From an uncultured Methanomicrobiales archaeon (GTDB lineage Archaea > Halobacteriota > Methanomicrobia > Methanomicrobiales > Methanospirillaceae), in contig OY969100.1 in assembly GCA_963697895.1 (NCBI GenBank), positions 192,001 through 256,000 of the forward strand: 64,000 bases of DNA, written 5' to 3'. Positions 61,224 through 64,000 of the stretch are shown here, one piece after another (within the stretch, counting starts at the first letter, position 1; each line of letters starts with the position of its first letter). A model generated the notes under the pieces. That model had not been told where the DNA came from. It saw only the letters and a program-made list of their open reading frames with translations, and made no database searches. The translations under genes were made by a program, and so were the position numbers.

Positions 61224-61740
61224 CGCCTGCCAGTACGCCAACCGGCAGAATATCCGGGGATATCCCGAGAACAGGATCACTTAGCTCGGGGAAGAGAAGA
61301 TATAGCCCTGCCGGATACACGCAGGCAGAAATATTTCAGCTATATCCCGGAGAACGTTTCCAACCATCCCCGGGAAAGAAGGAAGAGGGCCTGCCTGTAC
61401 GCCAACCGGCAGAATATTTCGGCGATATTTCGGAGAACGGCATCACCTACCTCGGGGAAGAGAAGATATACCGGACGCCCACCGGCAGGATACCCCGGGC
61501 GATATCCCGGAGAACAGGATCGCCTACCTCGTGGAAGAGAAGATATACCGGAAGCCCACCGGCAGAATACCCGGGTGATATCCCGGAGAACAGGATCGCC
61601 TACCTTGTGGAAGAGAAGATATACCCTGCCGGATACCCGTAGGCAGAACTATTTCAGCTATATCCCGGAGAACGTGTCCAACTATCCCCGGGAGAGAAGA
61701 AAGAGCGCCTGCTGCCCGGACGCCCACTGGCAGAATGCTC
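61160..61740 (+). repeat. Degenerate ~76-85-bp tandem array derived from the phoU 3' end (gene copy plus six echoes)
   Basis: Units start ~61160, 61243, 61323, 61407, 61483, 61560 and 61641; motif GATATCCCGGAGAAC...TACCTCGTGGAAGAGAAGATATA. Confidence 0.92.
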
Positions 61741-61790
61741 CAACACAACGTATATGAGCGGCCTGCACCATACCCACGGGTAGTGATTTC

Positions 61791-62183
61791 GTGGCAGAAG
61801 CAACGCTGGTGGAGCTGACCGACCAGACCTGGGAGATGGCGGTTGAAAAATCGGAGAAACCGGTCATGGTGATGTTTTATACCCCGACCTGCCCGTACTG
61901 CCGGAGCATGGAGCCGTACTTCATTCAGTATGCGGCCGAATATGCCGGGGTTGTCGTCTTTGCCCGGATCAATATCGAGGCGAATCTCTGGACGGCGGAC
62001 CGGTACGCGGTGAGGGGCACGCCGACCTTCAAGTTCTTCTGCAGCGGCAAACCCGTATCGGAACTGGTGGGCGCCGTGTACCCCGCGCTGCTCAAGCGGC
62101 TGGTCGATGAAGGAGTGGCGAGCGGGAAGGAATGCGTCCGGAACCGGACCGAGATCAGCTACGACATCACCGGTTACGGATGA
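61791..62183 (+). CDS. Thioredoxin family protein
   Basis: PVMVMFYTPTCPYC, YAVRGTPTFKFF. Confidence 0.9.
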   Translation: MAEATLVELTDQTWEMAVEKSEKPVMVMFYTPTCPYCRSMEPYFIQYAAEYAGVVVFARINIEANLWTADRYAVRGTPTFKFFCSGKPVSELVGAVYPALLKRLVDEGVASGKECVRNRTEISYDITGYG

Positions 62184-62491
62184 CCGGTGAGCAGAAGAAG
62201 ATCATTCGGCAGCCGGACCCACCTGCAAGTTGAGAGGGTGCTCCATCTCCTACCGGTCACGGAGAAGGGTGGGTGCATAACGAGGAGTTCCGGTTAGCGG
62301 TCCCGGTGCATGAAGCTCCCAGGCATGGGGGACCGCCGGTCGGTTTATGTATGGAACGGGTCGCCCGCAAAGACCCGGAGCACACGTTTCCGGATCTCCT
62401 CCTCCGGCAGGGTGAGACAAGCGCATTCGCACCTGTCCCTGATCGTATCCCCGATGAGGCCCTTCAGGTGTACCATAATGGATCCTTCATT

Positions 62492-62830
62492 CTATCTCCT
62501 CTTCTTACTCTGCCGGATCATCTCTGCGAAGAACCCGATTGCCCCACCTGCGATCATCCCATAAAACGGACACAACACCAGTACAATGAAGAAATCGCTC
62601 ACTGCAATTCCTGGAAAAACCGCATCGAGCAGGCGATACGTCCCCAGGCTGGCAAAGAAGGGGACCGAGAATAATGCGAACCCGACAGGGGCGACCGCCT
62701 GGTACCAGGCTGCAGGCTCTGTATAGCCCGGGATTATATCGGGCTGGGGAAGCACCACGAACAATAGGAATACATCCGCGAGAACACCCCACATCAGCCC
62801 GAACAAAATGCCCGAACGGAAATAACTCAT
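62492..62830 (-). CDS. Hypothetical membrane protein
   Basis: 112 aa, three hydrophobic segments, basic C-terminus. Confidence 0.6.
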   Translation of the reverse strand: MSYFRSGILFGLMWGVLADVFLLFVVLPQPDIIPGYTEPAAWYQAVAPVGFALFSVPFFASLGTYRLLDAVFPGIAVSDFFIVLVLCPFYGMIAGGAIGFFAEMIRQSKKRR

Positions 62831-62961
62831 ATTTTCTTCGCCAGCCCCTGAAAGGATGCGTGAACCCTGAGCGGAAAAATGGTGTGCCGGTTTCGAGGCC
62901 CCCTCACCTAAACGACTCCCTTCCTATCCTGAACACTTTCTCCATGAATTCACGGTATCCA

Positions 62962-63384
62962 TCAGGAAACCCCGAGCATTTCCCTCGCGAACTTTTGGGC
63001 GTTCTCCAGGTCCTCCGTGTCGGGATGACCCCGGTTCGTGAAGAGAAATTTCCCCCTGCAATGATAACTCCCGAGGATCGCAGCGCCTTTCTTCGTGAGG
63101 TCTTCCGCCATAGCATCGATCATTTTCTTTGCTCCTTTGGGACCCCCTGACGTGCCGAAGAGCGCCAACCTGCGTCCGGAAAAGTCGTTCGATGAGATGA
63201 ATTTCACCATGGCCTCACCGGGCTTTCCGCCGTAGGTCCCGCTCCCCAAAAACAGGGTCTTCACTTCGCCGGGCAGCGGGGCCCCAAGATCTCCCACAGC
63301 GACGCCGAGCTCCCCCGCGATGGCATCCGCCAGTTTCCTTGTATTCCCGCCCCGTGAATCAACCAGTACTACGATGTCGGTCAT
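62962..63384 (-). CDS. Flavodoxin family protein
   Basis: SRGGNTRKLADAIA, FLGSGTYG, ALFGTSG, GHPD.EDL.NA.KFA. Confidence 0.9.
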   Translation of the reverse strand: MTDIVVLVDSRGGNTRKLADAIAGELGVAVGDLGAPLPGEVKTLFLGSGTYGGKPGEAMVKFISSNDFSGRRLALFGTSGGPKGAKKMIDAMAEDLTKKGAAILGSYHCRGKFLFTNRGHPDTEDLENAQKFAREMLGVS

Positions 63385-63446
63385 ACATGCACATGTATAC
63401 AGACGGGGTAATAAGTGGATCCGACATCGGCCCCATCCCGCCGGGA

Positions 63447-63776
63447 TCAGGCGTGGATCATCGTCAGCATCATCTTGAACCGGGTCTTTGCCGCGACCGC
63501 ATGGGGGATATTCGCCGGCATGATGATCAGCTGCCCGCCGGTGAGTGATGAATTCTCTCCGGCGATCGCAACCTCCGCCTCGCCTTCAAGCACCATGAGG
63601 ATCGCATCGTAGGGAGCCGTGTGCTCGGAGAGCCCCTCCCCTTCGTCGAATGCAAAGAGCGTGATGGTGCCTGCATCTTTATAGACGAGCATCCTGCTGA
63701 CGACGGAACCCTCCTGGTATGCGATCAGGGATGCGGGGTCGAGCACCCGCCCGGAGAGATCTTCCGGGGGAGCCAT
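63447..63776 (-). CDS. Cupin domain protein
   Basis: YQEGSVVSR, TLFAFDEGEGLSEHTAP, MPANIPHAV. Confidence 0.9.
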   Translation of the reverse strand: MAPPEDLSGRVLDPASLIAYQEGSVVSRMLVYKDAGTITLFAFDEGEGLSEHTAPYDAILMVLEGEAEVAIAGENSSLTGGQLIIMPANIPHAVAAKTRFKMMLTMIHA

Positions 63777-64000
63777 CAGGATCGGGCTCCGGTGGTCCTG
63801 TCCCGTGTGCGAATTCCAGCCATACAGGGAATCTGGCGCGGGACTATATATCGGTTGGGAAGATCCATCCCGTACTCTGGGATCTGGTCTCCACGGACAG
63901 GGAGAAGTGTTTTCCAAACCCTCATCCGAAACGATATCGCCACCATCCGGATGGGGGGGACCCGTCGATGCTCACGTTCATCGGGAAGATCCCGACCGCG

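Noticed and set aside
5036-61740. Diversity-generating retroelement TR/VR pairs explaining the gene-end copies
   Set aside because: No reverse transcriptase in the window, differences are not adenine-specific, and copies are tandem with indels.
62910-62995. Possible echo of the flavodoxin 3' end (EFMEKVFRIG vs KFAREMLGVS)
   Set aside because: Similarity too low to distinguish from chance by eye.
221-63917. Many long antisense and alternative-frame ORFs in the track
   Set aside because: Expected shadows of GC3-rich genes; they overlap well-supported CDSs and lack family motifs.

Overview
GC-rich chromosomal segment of a methanogenic euryarchaeon; gene content and order point to Methanomicrobiales (Methanoregulaceae/Methanolinea-like, by inference). 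Positions 1-38 kb are mostly core genes: RecJ-like DHH nuclease, tRNA-Pro(GGG), the cbiMNQO-cbiTLFGHCDE cobalt uptake/anaerobic cobalamin operon, a long minus-strand informational cluster (elp3, priS, GINS-like, rpl44e, rps27e, eIF2-alpha, nop10, PAC2-family chaperone, EndoQ-like, ferredoxin, geranylgeranyl reductase, rnhB, site-2 protease), egsA, proS, thiD and kup. Positions 38-54 kb form a compositionally patchy cell-surface region (type IV pilin, PEGA proteins, a 1896-aa RCC1/PKD/metallophosphoesterase/NosD protein, hicBA). Positions 54-64 kb carry a DEAD-box helicase, a receiver-PAS-PAS-diadenylate cyclase, an APC permease, phoU and small redox proteins. No CRISPR array, integrase or transposase is visible. 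Two unexplained non-coding structures stand out. (1) At least five genes have their own last 30-80 coding nucleotides, including the stop codon, repeated downstream as diverged tandem 'echo' arrays; two of these split ancestral ATGA gene overlaps. (2) A ~900-bp AT-rich inverted duplication at 40.45-41.35 kb consists of two origin-like modules sharing a 24/25-identical core, each arm with its own iteron variant and no initiator gene nearby. Four single-base frameshifts in otherwise intact genes may be consensus errors. All product calls come from motif recognition, not database searches.
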